Translations under genes and position numbers: made by a program
The notes under the pieces: model-generated
The model's input: the letters and a program-made list of their open reading frames with translations, nothing else
Database searches by the model: none
What the model was told of the DNA's origin: nothing
NCBI GenBank assembly: GCA_002104905.1
Contig: MCFE01000393.1
Span: 18,452 to 82,451 of the forward strand
Length of the DNA: 64,000 bases
From: Basidiobolus meristosporus CBS 931.73
Taxonomy: Eukaryota; Fungi; Basidiobolomycota
Direction: 5' to 3'
Shown here: one piece after another, positions 23,500 to 39,527 of the stretch
Numbering within the stretch: the stretch's first letter is position 1
How the letters are laid out: the number at the start of each line of letters is the position of its first letter

Positions 23500-23754
23500 T
23501 CTTAACGTATGTTCCAACTGACAGCTGCTTGTTTCTGACCACCGGATGGATGTCCAAAATGGTTTAGATGACTCGAACGACAGGAACATTGAAGTATTAG
23601 TCAAATGTGCTCCAGCAGCGAGCATACGTCCAGGTAACCAAAAATAGATTCGATTCTGCACCCAGAATAGCCCTATAAAATCTCGTTGACTGCCGAGGAT
23701 TTGTACGTATTCCCTCCTTTCAGAAGCCCGCTCCAGCTCACACCCACATAAACC

Positions 23755-24808
23755 ATGTCTACCACTGTTGGGTCGATCACACTCCCACCTGTCGTTCTTC
23801 CTCAGAATGATTCCGGCGCCAAAAAGTAGGTTCAGCCAGGCTAATGATGAAATCATGGATTGGTATACTGAGATATTCCTGTAGACTTGCCATGAAGCTG
23901 GTGAACGGGGCCATTGCCGGAGTGGTCGGCACACTCATCATCTACCCATTAGATATGGTAAAGACCCGTCTACAAAGCCAGAAAGCCGATGCCTTTGGGA
24001 AGCTTCGGTACCAAGGAGGGTATGTATTGAAATTCAAGCGGGGTTGATCTTACCGGAGATTTCTCAACTTGCTTTCTACAGGGTGCATTGCTTCAAAACG
24101 ATTGTTCAAGCTGAGGGAGCACGCGGCCTGTACCGTGGCCTGGTACCAAACCTCATCGGGATCACCCCCGAGAAGGCGATCAAACTGGCGGTGAACGACT
24201 ACGCCCGGGAGTACCTGGCGAAACAGAGCCACACCGATCCGGATCACCTTCCGATTCATTTGGGGATGATGGCTGGTGCCACGGCAGGTTTCTGCCAGGT
24301 GATCGCTACCAACCCAATGGAAATTGTCAAAATTCAGATGCAGGTGGCGGGTGCTGATCTGAAGCCGGGGCAACCCAGGCCAACCGCCCTCCAGGTGGTT
24401 CAGAGGCTGGGTCTGCGCGGAGTATACAAAGGTACCCCTGCCACATTGCTTCGCGACGTTCCATTCTCGGTGCTTTTCTTCCCATCCCATGCGTATCTGA
24501 AGAGCGTGTGCGCCGACACAAATGGCAACGTGTCCTTCCAAGCGGTCTTTGCCTCGGGAATCGTGGCGGGTGTGTTTGCCTCCGGCGCAGTCACCCCTGC
24601 GGACGTCATCAAAACCCGGCTACAGATGGCTCCCAAGCCAGGAGAGCCGGTGTTCCGCGGGTTCGCCCACTGCTTCAAAGAAATCGTGCGCAACGAGGGC
24701 CCCTCGGCACTCTTCAAAGGAATCGTGCCTCGTTGCATGATCGTATCACCGCTGTTCGGGTTCGCATTACTCACATATGAGGCCCAGCAGCGCTACCTAA
24801 AACTCTAA
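23755..24808 (+). CDS. Mitochondrial carrier (SLC25), glutamate carrier GC1/Agc1-C-terminal-like
   Basis: MSTTVGS...KK|LAMKLVNGAIAGVVGTLIIYPLDMVKTRLQ; GLYRGLVPNLIGITPEKAIKLAVND; NPMEIVKIQMQ; TPADVIKTRLQ. Three PxD/ExxK motifs. Confidence 0.92.
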
Positions 24809-24978
24809 TCCAACCAACGCCCACCTCACTCCTCTAATGAACAGCCACGCTAATTGTAATAGAAAGCCGCCTCCCAACTAGAGAATATAAGATACCGATG
24901 ATTTTATTTTTATTAAGTTACATTACAAGCTGAATTAGTGAGTATGTACGGTTAATGTTTGCGGGGTAGAGGAGATGA

Positions 24979-25855
24979 TCATTTTATGGTAATGGTGGTA
25001 AGACTCGGCTTGGCTTCCAAGGTGCATTCGGTCTCCACCTGCTCGCTGGAGTTGTTTCTCAGGCTAAACGAGGTTCGGCATTGCTGGGTAGTGATGAGGG
25101 AGAGAAGCATCCCTAAATCCAGTGATGGGTGTTAGTCTAGGTGCGGTGGTTGTGGTCGGAGGGCGGGGTGGGGGAAACTTACACAGAGAGTGGAGCAATA
25201 TGCCCGACTGAATCACCTTGAGGACTTGCAGGATCAACACCAAAATCGACACCAAGCTGATCAGAACGAGCGAGATGAGGCCGTCCCTGATGAACACCTT
25301 GAACAGCGGGGAGGAGTTGGCTCTAGCGTACTTGTAGATGGAGACTATGGTCATCGAGGCGAAGAACACCACGATGAAGGTGCTGTTGGTTAGCAGCAGG
25401 ATGATGTAGATGTCGTCAGTGGTCCAGGAGCAGCTCCCCTCGGCAACCGCGAAGATCTTGCGGGTGTTGATCATCATGAAGATCTGAGCGGTCAGATGGG
25501 TGAGTTGGGAGACGGCGAATATCCCTTTGATCAGACGCGCGTGGCGATTGATGCATATGGATCTCAGGAAGACCAGGGTCAGAATCAAGGTGACCGAGGT
25601 GAAGGACATGCTGCAGTATGAGAAGAAGTAGATCACGCAGTTCGGCCACTTGGCAAACAACCGAATGCCGAGGTACATGCAGCCAGTGGCCAGCAGTAGA
25701 AATGACTGGACTAGGTTCAACTTGTAGATCAGTGCCCGGTCCCGGACGACCATCCTCATCGAGTCGTACACATCTCGGGCCACCGGAAAGAACGTAAACG
25801 CCACCATCAGCAGCTCTACTTGGTCGTTCAGCTCCATATGTTTCTCGTGATCCAT
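24979..25855 (-). CDS. Multi-pass (about 7 TM) GPCR-like membrane protein
   Basis: About seven hydrophobic segments, with Cys in the third segment and in a loop (GSCSW). One intron (gtaag...ctaac...tag), then W|MLLSLITTQQ...TITIK*. Confidence 0.7.
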
Positions 25856-26300
25856 AAGGGCGCTTCGGATGGAATGATGGCGGTGGGTGGAATATCAACA
25901 GCTCCAAGGGTCAAATGAAGGTTACGGGGATGCTGGTCCCAACTTTAAATAGTCCCCCGCTAGCACGACTCAATGGTGAGCCAATCACCGGTGGAGGTGC
26001 CGTTGGAGTCACAATGCTTGGGAGTAGCACTTGTCTCATACATCACCTCAAACTTTTCAATTCCCGAGCAATGCGGTACAGTCAGCTGAGCGAACAACTC
26101 CAAGCACTCGCGGTGTTTGGCCCGGGTGGATTCATGCGAGCATGTTTCGTGTCAATCGTCCCGCCGATATAAAGGTGTGCACATTAAAAAAATCTCCTTT
26201 ATTCTTCGAGATTATGTACAAATGCGATGGTGATTAGTGAGGAGTCTAAGAGGTGGGCGGGGACGGGTACGGGGACGGGGACGGGGCGAGGCTGGTTCGC

Positions 26301-28630
<2,330 letters not shown>

Positions 28631-28908
28631 AGCCTGGGTGGGTTTGCTTCAAGCGCGCTCACCACCACCCTCCACTCGGATTTAGGTATAGTCTCTGGCC
28701 GACTGAAAAAAATCCGTTTTTTTTCTTTCCTGGAGATCACGGTGTGACTGGAGAAATTCGGGGGCCCGGTCGATTGTTGGTTAACTTTATGATCGGTTGG
28801 ATCGACTTTATTCAGGATGTGGACCAAGCAAGGTTAATTCTGGTGGTGGGATAAATATGGCCATAGATAGATGTGGGAGGTAAATAGGTCGGGGATTGGT
28901 GCTCATGC

Positions 28909-29889
28909 TTAGGGTTTGCCGATGAACGACTGAGGGAAGTAAGGCTTGAAGTAATCTTCATACTTCCTGTTCACGCACATTCCTCCACCAGTTGGCCCGA
29001 TGTGTGGACAGTGGAAGTCTGGTCTGTAGGGGATCATGTTGACATGGATCACACGGCAGAGAACATTGTCCTGCCCCATCTCATCGGGTAGCCCCAACGG
29101 GACCTTTTGCTGTAGGAACTCCAAGCATTCCTCGTTGCTCTTGTATTGCTGATCCTTACCCAAGCAGTACTTGTCATGTGACTGGCAGATACCCAATGAC
29201 AGGAATTTCTGGACCAATCCTGGGAGGGTCGCGGGGGTGACCTCCGACATCGGGACTTTCAGGAAATCGGCAATCAAGGGGGCGATCTTAGGGAGGAAGG
29301 AGCGGAAGCCTACAGACCACCGCCTGAATACCGCATCGTACTGGGTGATCTCCCCAGCATGATTAAATCTCAGCCACACATCCACCTGGACGGGAAGGTG
29401 GATCCCAGTGGCCTCGTGAACGAAGTCGATGATGACGCTTGTGGTGGCGACCTCGCCCGTCACCGCAAACTCAAACATGGTGTAACTCTTGGGAACGCCC
29501 AGGATAGTTGGGACGCTGGAGGAAGAGGCGAGGTTTGAGAAGAGTCCGAAGAGGTACTCGATGTTCTCCTCGAGGTCGTTGAACGTCCATGTGATGTCCA
29601 CCCGGCCACGGATATCGGCGGCCAGGATTCCGGGGGCTTTACCACTTTTCGCGATGATGGTGTTGTTTGGGTACATGAAATTCTCGAAAAGTCGGTGCAC
29701 GTAGTCAAGCTTCTTCCGGTAGTTCACCCGTTCACTTACCTGGTTCACCTCAACTCCGGCAGGGATTCCTTGCTCGTTGTCGATCGTCCCGCTCACCCCG
29801 TGAAGAATCCCCTCTTCCGCACCAAGAGCCAAGCCGATGGGTCCGCTGAGCAGGGCGACAAGGAGTGCTGCTTTCTTGATAGTAACCAT
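28909..29889 (-). CDS. Uncharacterised secreted fungal protein with Cys/His-rich C-terminal domain, intronless
   Basis: Signal peptide MVTIKKAALLVALLSGPIGLALG; GRVDIT...EYLFGLF, ITQYDAVFR; C-terminal CQSHDKYC...YKSNEEC...CRVIHVNMIPYRPDFHCPHIGPTGGGMC. Confidence 0.85.
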   Translation of the reverse strand: MVTIKKAALLVALLSGPIGLALGAEEGILHGVSGTIDNEQGIPAGVEVNQVSERVNYRKKLDYVHRLFENFMYPNNTIIAKSGKAPGILAADIRGRVDITWTFNDLEENIEYLFGLFSNLASSSSVPTILGVPKSYTMFEFAVTGEVATTSVIIDFVHEATGIHLPVQVDVWLRFNHAGEITQYDAVFRRWSVGFRSFLPKIAPLIADFLKVPMSEVTPATLPGLVQKFLSLGICQSHDKYCLGKDQQYKSNEECLEFLQQKVPLGLPDEMGQDNVLCRVIHVNMIPYRPDFHCPHIGPTGGGMCVNRKYEDYFKPYFPQSFIGKP

Positions 29890-30399
29890 GGTGGTGGTGA
29901 TGATGAAGGAAGTGGGGTCGTCGGTTTTATAGCCGGTTGGGCTGACGGGGGATTATTTGTCCCATTACAGGAGAGCGCATGTTCGAGGTGGAGTCGACCA
30001 GGCATGATCGCGGAACATTACCCATGAACGCATGATCCCGACAACATGCGCACTGGTGGCCTGGATGAGGCAATATTGCTCTACATCCCTACCAAATGAG
30101 TGGACATGCAGGTGTTGTTTCTTGATGCAGGCGATATTCGCTCACCTCGCCAACAAACCATCAACAGCCAACCCAAGGTCGAAAATTCCCGGTTCAGCAG
30201 GTATCGACCCTGCCAACCAGATCTTACCATGCGAAGAACAGGTTGGCCCAAGCCTTTTCCGCCTCTGCCTCTCCCATTGGTGTGCGTGAGATGGGTGCAT
30301 TCATTGTCCAAATGGATTTCACCCATCACACTGGTCCGACCGTGGCCTCAACAATGCTCTAGTCCATCCCCATCTTCCTGCATCAGTGGAATTTAACGG

Positions 30400-33020
30400 C
30401 CTAGGGCTTATTCAGATAAGGATTATGATGGACCATGGTGACTCCCAAATCAGTCCCCCCTATGTGCCAGCAGTGCGGGGTTATTGCTATCATGGCCAAC
30501 TCTCTACCTCTTTACGTAGCCTACTGGAGCCCTGCTTGGCTGTACACCAGTACTCTCTTCCTCAGACAAATGCTAATCTTGGTCCTACTACTTGCAATCA
30601 ATTCCCATCTTATGTCTTGCATGGGTGCTCACATTGATGTACTAGGACCCACATATGGAGGTATAGAGTTGAATATAGAATAACACATCAAGCATTTTAC
30701 CAAATACTAAAACAACAAATCAGTCTACATCTGAGAAACCTTGGCTATCCCCATATATAGCTGAAGCATCTTTAGCAGGCTATAAGATGATACTTGGCAT
30801 ACATAGTCACCAAGGACTGCATCCACCTACAGGACCCTTGTTTCTGATACTCCTACATTCATTGGGCTGTCAGCTATCAAGCATCACAACCACTTTGAAT
30901 ATGGAAACTTAACCCTTAATACCCTCTGGATTACTTATGAAATCAGACTTGGCTAGGACTGGCATTAGTGTCACCCTATGAAAAATTATTGTGATGATCC
31001 CATCAAATGGCCGCCACAAAGTTAAAGTCCCATGACTAAGAGGTACTGATCCCATCAGGACACTGTGCAGAGACCATTGAAAAATAATCACACCCCAGAT
31101 TTCACAAAAAACTCAGTCAAAATTTTTCATCACAACAATGTATAAGCGGTTTTTGATTGGTTCCCTGCCAATTTGCTCACTCTCTGATCCCAGACACTCT
31201 ATCACCTCCTACGTTTGTGTGCATTGATTGGCTATTGCCTCTTTTTCACAATCCTTACTTCCTGACTCAACTGTTTTTCTTTCTTTTCATGTGTACAAAT
31301 TGATTTATTTCCATTAAAACTTCAGTTGTACCTCAATTGCCAATTGTATTGACCTATACAAGTCCCTATACCCTACACTAACATTAAGCCCAACCTCACA
31401 CTCCACAAGTAACTTCATTAAAATCCACCATTCAATAAGTGTTTCTGCTGTAACACCCTGTTCCCATGACTTTGGCAGGAACCCTACTGCTTTATGCCAT
31501 TGTTCATTCACTGGTTCTCATACATCCTGATCATCAGCCATCACTGCAACTTCTAGCACCTCATCTTCTAGTCTTTGGAATAAATCCTTGCAATATTTCA
31601 GTGCATTTTCTTGAGCACTGCGCTTGAAGAAGTGCTGCTACCCCTTAGTGTGCCTATTAATGTTCCAAAATTCCACTCTAGGTATTTTGATAGTCTTCTG
31701 ATTTCTGGACATTGTTACTTTGTCTGTCAGTGGGATTTACACTCATTCTATAATGCAGGCAATGGCAGACAAATTGTCTTTCTCTTCTAACTCAGCTACC
31801 TCACTGGAGTGTAGCTCAACTGGCTGAACCTCCAACTCTCAAGAAAATGGCTGTGGTCTTCTTGGTAATTCTTCTTGGCTATTATAGAATTCAGCCAGTA
31901 CTGGGTTCATGGCATTAATTGGTGAGTACTGCAACTTTTTTCTCATGCCTCCCCATCTCTGGCTTGGGTAGACTTTTTTCCCTTTACTTTTGTCTTTATT
32001 GCTGCCAGGTCTTTCACTGCTAATCTGACTGTGTGCTTCTTATTTTGTACTTTATTTTCCCCTTGCTAATTGCTGCCCTGGTGCATCTGTTTCTGCATGC
32101 TTGTCTCTTATCAGCATTCTGCTGTTTACTAGACATTTCATTGCTGTATATTTAGAGCTTTGAGCCCTACTTGCAACAGGCTCTTAAGGAAGCTGCTGAT
32201 TTTTAGCTGCGGCACCCTTGTTCTTCTGCCTTTGGCAGTTTCTGCAATTCTTGAGATACTTTCTTTCCATACTCCATGAAAAATAATATGGTCCTATGGG
32301 TGTATCTGATCCTGATCAGCCATCAGAGTCCTGCAATAAGTCTGTCATAGTCCCAGCAGCTTGGAATTATTGACCCTCCACACAATCTTTTGACAGGATT
32401 GTGCTAGTGTTTTGCTAATTTACTGCCAATAGTTTAAAAACTTGATAGTGTTTCAGTGGTCTTTTGACAAGAATTGCATGGCACTCCAATGGTCACAATG
32501 CACTCTACATTTGTATGAGCAAACCTAACCGGCCAATACATCTGATTGCCTTATATGGCAAAAAACCTGACAGTGTTCTGACAGCCTCATTGCACACCTA
32601 TGCTGTCATTTTAGTGACAGTTTGGAGGCCTACAGGTAGTTCTACATAATGCCACCATACCAATTATCCAAATGGTACTTTCTTTTTCTACCTCCCTGTG
32701 AACCATTCATATTACCACTGTTGAATCACTCTTCTTAATTTGCTTACCCACTGCTACCTTGGGTATTCCACATATAGTTCAAATTAAAAAAAACTATGGC
32801 ATCCTGCTGACAAACCTCTACATAGGAACACACCTGCTACAATTTACACACTTCTATCACCTCAACTTTACGGCTTTTCATTGTGATAATTGCAATGTAG
32901 GCATATACCATGCATTGCTGGTAACATATACATCTTGCAAACATGTGCTTGGTTGCCACCACCTTTGCCATGAATACACCTGAATATCTGCAAAGAATCT
33001 CTTGGTAATTAGCTAATATA
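30400..33020 (-). mobile_element. Degenerate CACTA/EnSpm-type element, 3' portion (second-ORF remnant and post-transposase region)
   Basis: 31000-32300 is an inverted homologue of 47990-49620, and 32280-33020 matches 44800-45850. Sequence is stop-ridden and continues at 40611 after a copia insertion. Confidence 0.6.
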
Positions 33021-35822
33021 TGTAGTAAGAGTCTTAGAGATATTGGAAGTGATTGGGAGAACCAATAGATTTTGTAGTTTTTACTTAATGATCTAGTGAA
33101 TGTAAAAGTAGCATTTATACTTTACAAGGTCTTGGCATAGAAGCACATAGAATAGGTTTAGAAAGATCCCAAGAGCATGTGTGCAAGGTTTGGGACTGTA
33201 TGGACAACTTTGAAAGTTTTCATGTTCTGGGTACTCATATTTTGGTGAAAGTATTCTAAGTACATCCCAACATGGATTTTGGTTAGTATTCTTTAGGATC
33301 TGAAGGTAATGATCTAAGTGACTACAATAGGTGTATATTTAAGTGAAATTACAAGTTTTTACAACACTCCCACTTAACTAAATGCTCATAATGACTAATC
33401 CTAATTTTGACCTACAATATTCAAACTTGTCTCTAGCTGATGATTTGGCAAATATGTCTGCAATCATTTGATATGTAGGGTAGTAAGCTAAGTTAACTAA
33501 GTTATTCTCTATAGCTTCATGTATGAAATGATGTCTATCATCTATGTGCTTAGTTCTAGCATGAAATCTGGATTTCTACCTAATTGTATACATCCTTGAT
33601 TATCTTGAAATAAAGTAATAGTCATTTTTTGACATAAGCCTGAATTTTCAAAAGCTTCCTTAACCACATTACCTCTTTTATAGCTTCACAAGCTGCCATA
33701 TACACTGCCTCTGTGGTAGAAAGTCCTCCAATTGGTTGTTTTCTTGAATTCCATGAAATTACTCCTTGACAGTCAAGAAAGGTGCATCCTGTAGTGGGTC
33801 TTCTATCAACCAAAATTTGTCCCCAATCAGCATCAGAGTATCCCACAAGATCCTGTTCTGAGTTCTTACCAGTGTATCTTAAGCAGATATCAGCAGTTCC
33901 CTTTAGGTATCCAAAAATCTGCTTAACTGCTGCTATATGATCAGATCCATAGTTCTGGTTATGCTGGCTGACAGCTCCCACTGAATATGAGATATCTGGA
34001 TGTATTCCAAGCATGAAATACATCACACTGCCAATCATTGATTGATAAGGAAAGACAGGGCTTTCAGATGGCACCAAGATCTCTTGATTTGGCTGAGTTT
34101 TGATCAAGTTAGGATTTGTCTCCATTGGGGTAGCTGCTGGTTGACAGTCTTCCATTTGGTACTTCTAAGTATATCTTGAGTATACTTGGATTGGCTTAGG
34201 GTGATAGTCTGGGTACTTCTGTCTATGAAGAATTTTATCCCTAAGTAGTAACTGAGTTCTCCTAGATTGGACATCTTGAACTCCTTAGATAGGCTGGATT
34301 TAGTCTCTTCCAATGTTTCTAGGTTATTGGCAGCTATAATAAGATTATCCATTTATAGACCTAATAGAACTGTATTTGCTTAATCTGGCTTATGGGATGT
34401 ACTATAGTCAGCATTACTCTGTTTCAAACTCAAAGATTCCAAATAAGAATCTATTTTGCAATTCCAGGCTCTTGGTGATTGTATCAGGCAGTTTAGAGAC
34501 TTTTTAAGTTTGCAGACCAAATGGGAGTTATCTTGATCTACAAGCCCATCAGGCTGGTCCATATACACATCCTCATCAAGTTCTCCATTCAAAAGTGCAG
34601 TTTTCACATCCATTTGATGTATAAAAAACTAGTATTTGGCTGCAATAGCCAATATTAATCAGATGGAATTAAACTTGGCTACCAGTGAAAAGGTCTCAGC
34701 ATAGTCAAGCCCATTTGTTTGAGAGTATCCTTTGGCCATAGGTCTTGCCTTTTATCTTTCAGCTGTACCCTCAGCCTTGTATTTTGTCTTAAAGACCCAT
34801 GGCATCCAACTAATTTTTGGTTGATTGGTAATTTGACCAAGTCCCAAGTTTGATTTTCCATTAGGGCCTGATATTTCTCAGTAATTGCACATCTCCAAAA
34901 CTTTCTCTGAGGGCTATTTGGGGCCTCTTTTAGAGTCTGGGGCTCATCAATATGGACTGAATAGGCATTGGCTGAGTTGGTACACTCATTGATAAAGTAG
35001 TTGGGGCCATTTCTTGTTCAGCTCAATCTTTGGGCATTCAGTACTAAAATGATCAGTTATGGAATATTCCTGGGAACTGCTTCAAGCTGAGCCACAGTTG
35101 TTGAGTCCTCTGCAGTGAAAAAGTTCTTGTTTTGCTCTGATTCAATCCTGACAATTGGTGGACTTGAGATCAGATTTTTGTCATCATCTGATGTCATTTT
35201 TTGTGAAAATTCTGAAACTTAATCCAACAACACATCCCTGGACTTGATCAGCTTCTTTGCTTTGGTATTATAGAGTGTGTATGCTATACTCTCATTGCAG
35301 TAGCTCAAAAATAAGCATTTCTCACTTTTTTGCTCATATTGTGACTGAGCTCTTGGGAGTTTCTTAGCATATGCTGTACACCCAAATATTCCTTGATGCT
35401 CTGCACTTGGTCTGTATCCATACCATGCTTCAAATGGAGTAGAAACACAGAGTATTCTGTTATAACTCCTATTTTTAAGGTACACAGCTGAGGCTATGGA
35501 TTTTGCCTAAAAATTAAAGGATAGTTTTTGATTAAGGATCATAGATCTTACCATGATGTTTATTTATCTGTTTGCATATTTTGCTACTCCATTTTGCTAT
35601 GGGGAATATGCTATAGTAGTCTCTTGCTTTATCCCATGAGTTGTGCAGAAGTATATGGAGAATTTTGTGGTATATTCTCCACCATTATCAGAGTGTATTT
35701 TCCTGATTCTTGCACCAGTTTCTCTCTCCACCATGGCTTCAAACTCCCTGGGCTTAGACAGAACTTCTTCATTTCTCTCCATGAAGTAGACCCATGTGTA
35801 TCTTGTATAATTATCAGTAAAA

Positions 35823-37685
35823 GTGACACCCACTGACAGATGTGCACATTTGCATATTTTCTACTTGCCTATTTCTCTACTACACATATTTTAGTTTTAT
35901 CCCATTTGTCTTACTTGATCAGTACTATCTCATAAGCCGGCTGACTATCACACCTGCTTACCTTATTGCATAAGTTATCCCTCACTTTATGCAAGATTAC
36001 TAGCTATAAGTGCTTCTATATTAGGGTAGTACCCATGCTAGTACCCATGACACATAGTAACATATGTCACCATCCCTACCATTTCCACACCATGAATGGT
36101 ATCCCTATGTTACACAGGTTTCAGAGTACTAATTCCTGATTGGTTGGATGTGCTGTACCTCTTGGAACCTTCTGGCACCTACTTAGAATACTCCTAGCTC
36201 ATTCTGATGTCATTAAGATTTCTATTGATCTCTGGAACCTTCTGGAACACAATGATTTGTAATCACTTAGCCAGCAAGAAAAGTATATGGGGGAGACAAT
36301 CCCTCAACAATAAATCATCATCCCTTTAATCAATATACCAACTTGTCAATTAGTGTGATCACTGCTACCTACCACTACCTGAACCTCCAATCCCAGGCCA
36401 CAGGACACTCCCAGGAAACTGTGCTGACAGCCAACTGACCCTGGAGGCACTACTTGTGAGGAATACTCAGAGCAGGTATCTTTTATTATATTTAATTCTT
36501 TCCCAAGTTTGTACTGCTACAGGCAAAGATACTTTTCTTACTTTGTAACTATTGACTGCAGCTGCATTCTTATCAAGTCCCTGCTGGTGGAGTTTACAGT
36601 TGTTTTGACCTTGGATGCTTTAGTACATTGTCATCTCAAAAGATGCTGAACCCAGCACATACTTTTGTTAAGATACCAACTAAGTTGGGGATTGTAGCTC
36701 AATAGTTTTTCCTTGACAAGCTTGTGGCTTTATTCCCCATCACATTAGATTAGAGACAGAACCCAAGTATTCCTAGCAAGCTTTTGCCAGAGGTTATTGC
36801 ACCCAGTAAACACCCCATACAAATAAAACTTGAGAAGTGTTGGTCATTGTGGTGGTGTAGAGGTACTCCTGGGAGAAGCTACACAACTCAAGGTGTGTGA
36901 GGTGTCTGATGGGTGCAATAACCTCTGTGTCTAAACTGCTGGTATCTTTGCCAATATGTCACTATGGTAAAAGCTCCTGCTTCTCTAGCTTCCTAGGTGC
37001 TCCAAGTGTCTCCAAAGGCCTCTGTGTGTCTTGTGCACTACCTTGAAAAGCTCCTTGATGGCAGGTCTGAGATGTACTGTTGAAGGCAGGTGCAGTGATC
37101 AACTGCTAATCAATAAGGTAGAAGTGCTACTGATAGAAGGGATGATTTATTGATGAGGGATTGCTTTCCCTTAAATACTTTTCCTGATTGCCAAGTGATT
37201 ACTAATGACATGGTTCTAGAAGACTCTAGGCATCAGTGGAATTCTTGATGATATCACTATGAGCTAAAAATATGCCAAGAATGTCCTGGAAGGTTCTAAA
37301 GGGCACAGCACATCCAATCAATCAGGAATCAGTAGTCTGAAACCTGTGCAACATAGAAATACCATATATGGTATTGAAATGGTAGGGATGGTAACACAGA
37401 CCTAGGTCATGTGCCACAGGTACTGACGCGGGTACTTGCCTTATGTAGATAAATATACTGATCACAAAGCTGAATAACATCTGGGATAACTAATGCTAAT
37501 AACTAATCAGGGTAAACATCATATGGGGATAATACTGATAATATGGGCAAAAGAAGAATGGGATAATACTGATAAGATAAAATATGGATAAGTATATCAT
37601 AATGACTATATGAATAAACTTGTCTGTGGAAGGTATGATTACCCTACCACAACATATCTCTCCTTTGGACTTATACACCACCACT
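35823..37685. mobile_element. Solo LTR (family A, about 1.06 kb) in the copia integrase, itself interrupted by another LTR
   Basis: 35823-36847 plus 37652-37685 is an inverted homologue of 38462-39527. It splits the copia motif SLGG.../VTFTD. Confidence 0.8.
36848..37651. mobile_element. Solo LTR (family B, related to A) nested in solo LTR A
   Basis: Ends TGTGGTGG...CCTACCACA with a 4-bp TSD TCAT/ACAT. Internal blocks are similar to 38990-39310. Confidence 0.8.
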
Positions 37686-38461
37686 CCACCTAAGGATAAA
37701 TTTTGCATAGGTCCAAAAAGATCTGAATGAAATAGATCTGATTTTTTCTTAGTTTTGATTAGCCCAGAGCTCTTGAACAGTTGTCTGGCTTGTTTCCCAT
37801 ATATGCAGGCTTCACAGTGATCCAAATTAGCTGGGGGATCAATTTTTACTCCAGAAATTAGCGGAAATTTGAACATTTTGTGCAAATGATCAAAATTGAT
37901 GTGTCCAAATCCCCTGTGCCAAAGCATAGGTGTTTTTTCATTCAAGTTATTTTTATTGACTTCCAAATATGACGGATTATAAGTCAACTTATGCAGATTC
38001 TGATCTCTGCTACCCAAAGCAATATGAGCACCATTTTGATCAGTGATCCTGCATCCAGAATTGTCAAAGCTCAAACTGAGTCCTTTTGTTGTGGCCTTGC
38101 TTACAGATAGTTGGTTCTTGGCTATTTCTGGTACATGGAGTATTTCTTCAAAGGTCAGTATATGGCTTTTTTCACTGCTTCTAAGGTTTACTGCAATATT
38201 TCCTTCTCCCACTGCATCATGTGTTCTATCATCACCCATGAAAACCTCTTAATTCAAATTTCTTGATATGGGGTAAAAAGTTCTATTAAGTGTGTAATGT
38301 GTTGAGATGCTCCAGAGTCAATATTCCATGGCTGAGAGTCCTTGTTTGTGGTCATATTAAGTTTACATATGAAATGTCTATCTTCAGTTGTTGCAGCTTT
38401 TCCATATTGAGGCTTTTTCTGCTCACCATTGCTCTTTTTCAATCACTAGTCTGATGTGCAT

Positions 38462-39527
38462 TGTGGTAGTGTATAGGTCCAAGGGAGAGATATGTCCAAC
38501 ACTTCTCAAGTGTTTTGTGTGTGGGGTGTTCACTGGGTGCAATAACCTCTGGCAAAAGCTTGCTAGGAATATTTGGGTTCTGTCTCTAATCTAATGTGAA
38601 GGGGAATAAAGCCACAAGCTTGTCAAGGGAAAACTATTGAGCTACAATCCCCAACTTAGTTGGCATCTTAACAAAAGTATGTGCTGGGTTCAGCATCCTT
38701 TGAGATGACAATGTACTAAAGCTTCCAAAGTCAAAAGAGCTGTAAACTCCACCAGCAGGGACTTGATAAGAATGCAGCTGTGATCAATAGTTACAAAGAT
38801 AGAAAAGTGTCTTTGCCTGTACAAGAACAAACTTGGGAAAGAATCAAATATAGTAAAAGATACCTACTCTGAGTATTCCTCACAAGTAGTGCCTCCAAGG
38901 TCAGTTGGCATCAGCATGGTTTCCTGGGTGTGTCCTGTGGTCTGGAGTTGGAAGTTCAGGTAGCAGCAGGTAGCAGTGATCACACTAATCAACAAGTTGG
39001 TATATTGATAAAAGGGATGATGATTTATTGTTGAGGGATAGCCTCCCTTATATACTTTTCTTACTGGCTAAGTGATTACTAATCAAGGTGTTCCAGAAGG
39101 TTCTGGATCTTAATAGAAATCTTAATGACATCAGAATGACTTAAGAATGTTCTAAGTAGGTGCCGGAAGGTTCCAAGAGGTACAGCACATCCAACCAATC
39201 AGGTATCAGTATTCTGAAACCTGTGTAACATAGGGATACCATATATGGTATGGAAATGTGATGGTGACACAGGTTGATCATGTGTCATGGGTACTGGCGC
39301 GGGTACTTGCATAATATAGAGGCACTTATAGCTAGTAATCTTACATAAAGTGAGGGGTAACTTATGCAATAAGGTAAGTAGGTATGATAGTCAACTGGCT
39401 TATGGGATAGTACTGATTGGGTAAGACAAATGGGATAAAACTAAAATAAATGTAGTAGAGATATAGGGAAGTAGAAAATACGGGAATGAGCATATCTGTC
39501 AGTGGGTGTCACTGTCACCCCACTACA
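38462..39527. mobile_element. Solo LTR (family A) inserted in the copia gag zinc knuckle
   Basis: TGTGG...CTACA ends with an exact 4-bp TSD GCAT (38458-61 and 39528-31). Removing it rejoins CNYCKRKG with the rest of a decayed knuckle. Confidence 0.88.

Noticed and set aside
23500-23934. 204-aa minus ORF 23320..23934 as one intronless gene
   Set aside because: Its 5' half is antisense to exon 1 and intron 1 of the mitochondrial carrier. Only the 3' part is plausibly coding.
35823-39527. Foldback or composite transposon formed by the two inverted 1-kb repeats
   Set aside because: The right copy has its own GCAT TSD and the enclosed DNA is collinear copia sequence, so these are independent insertions.
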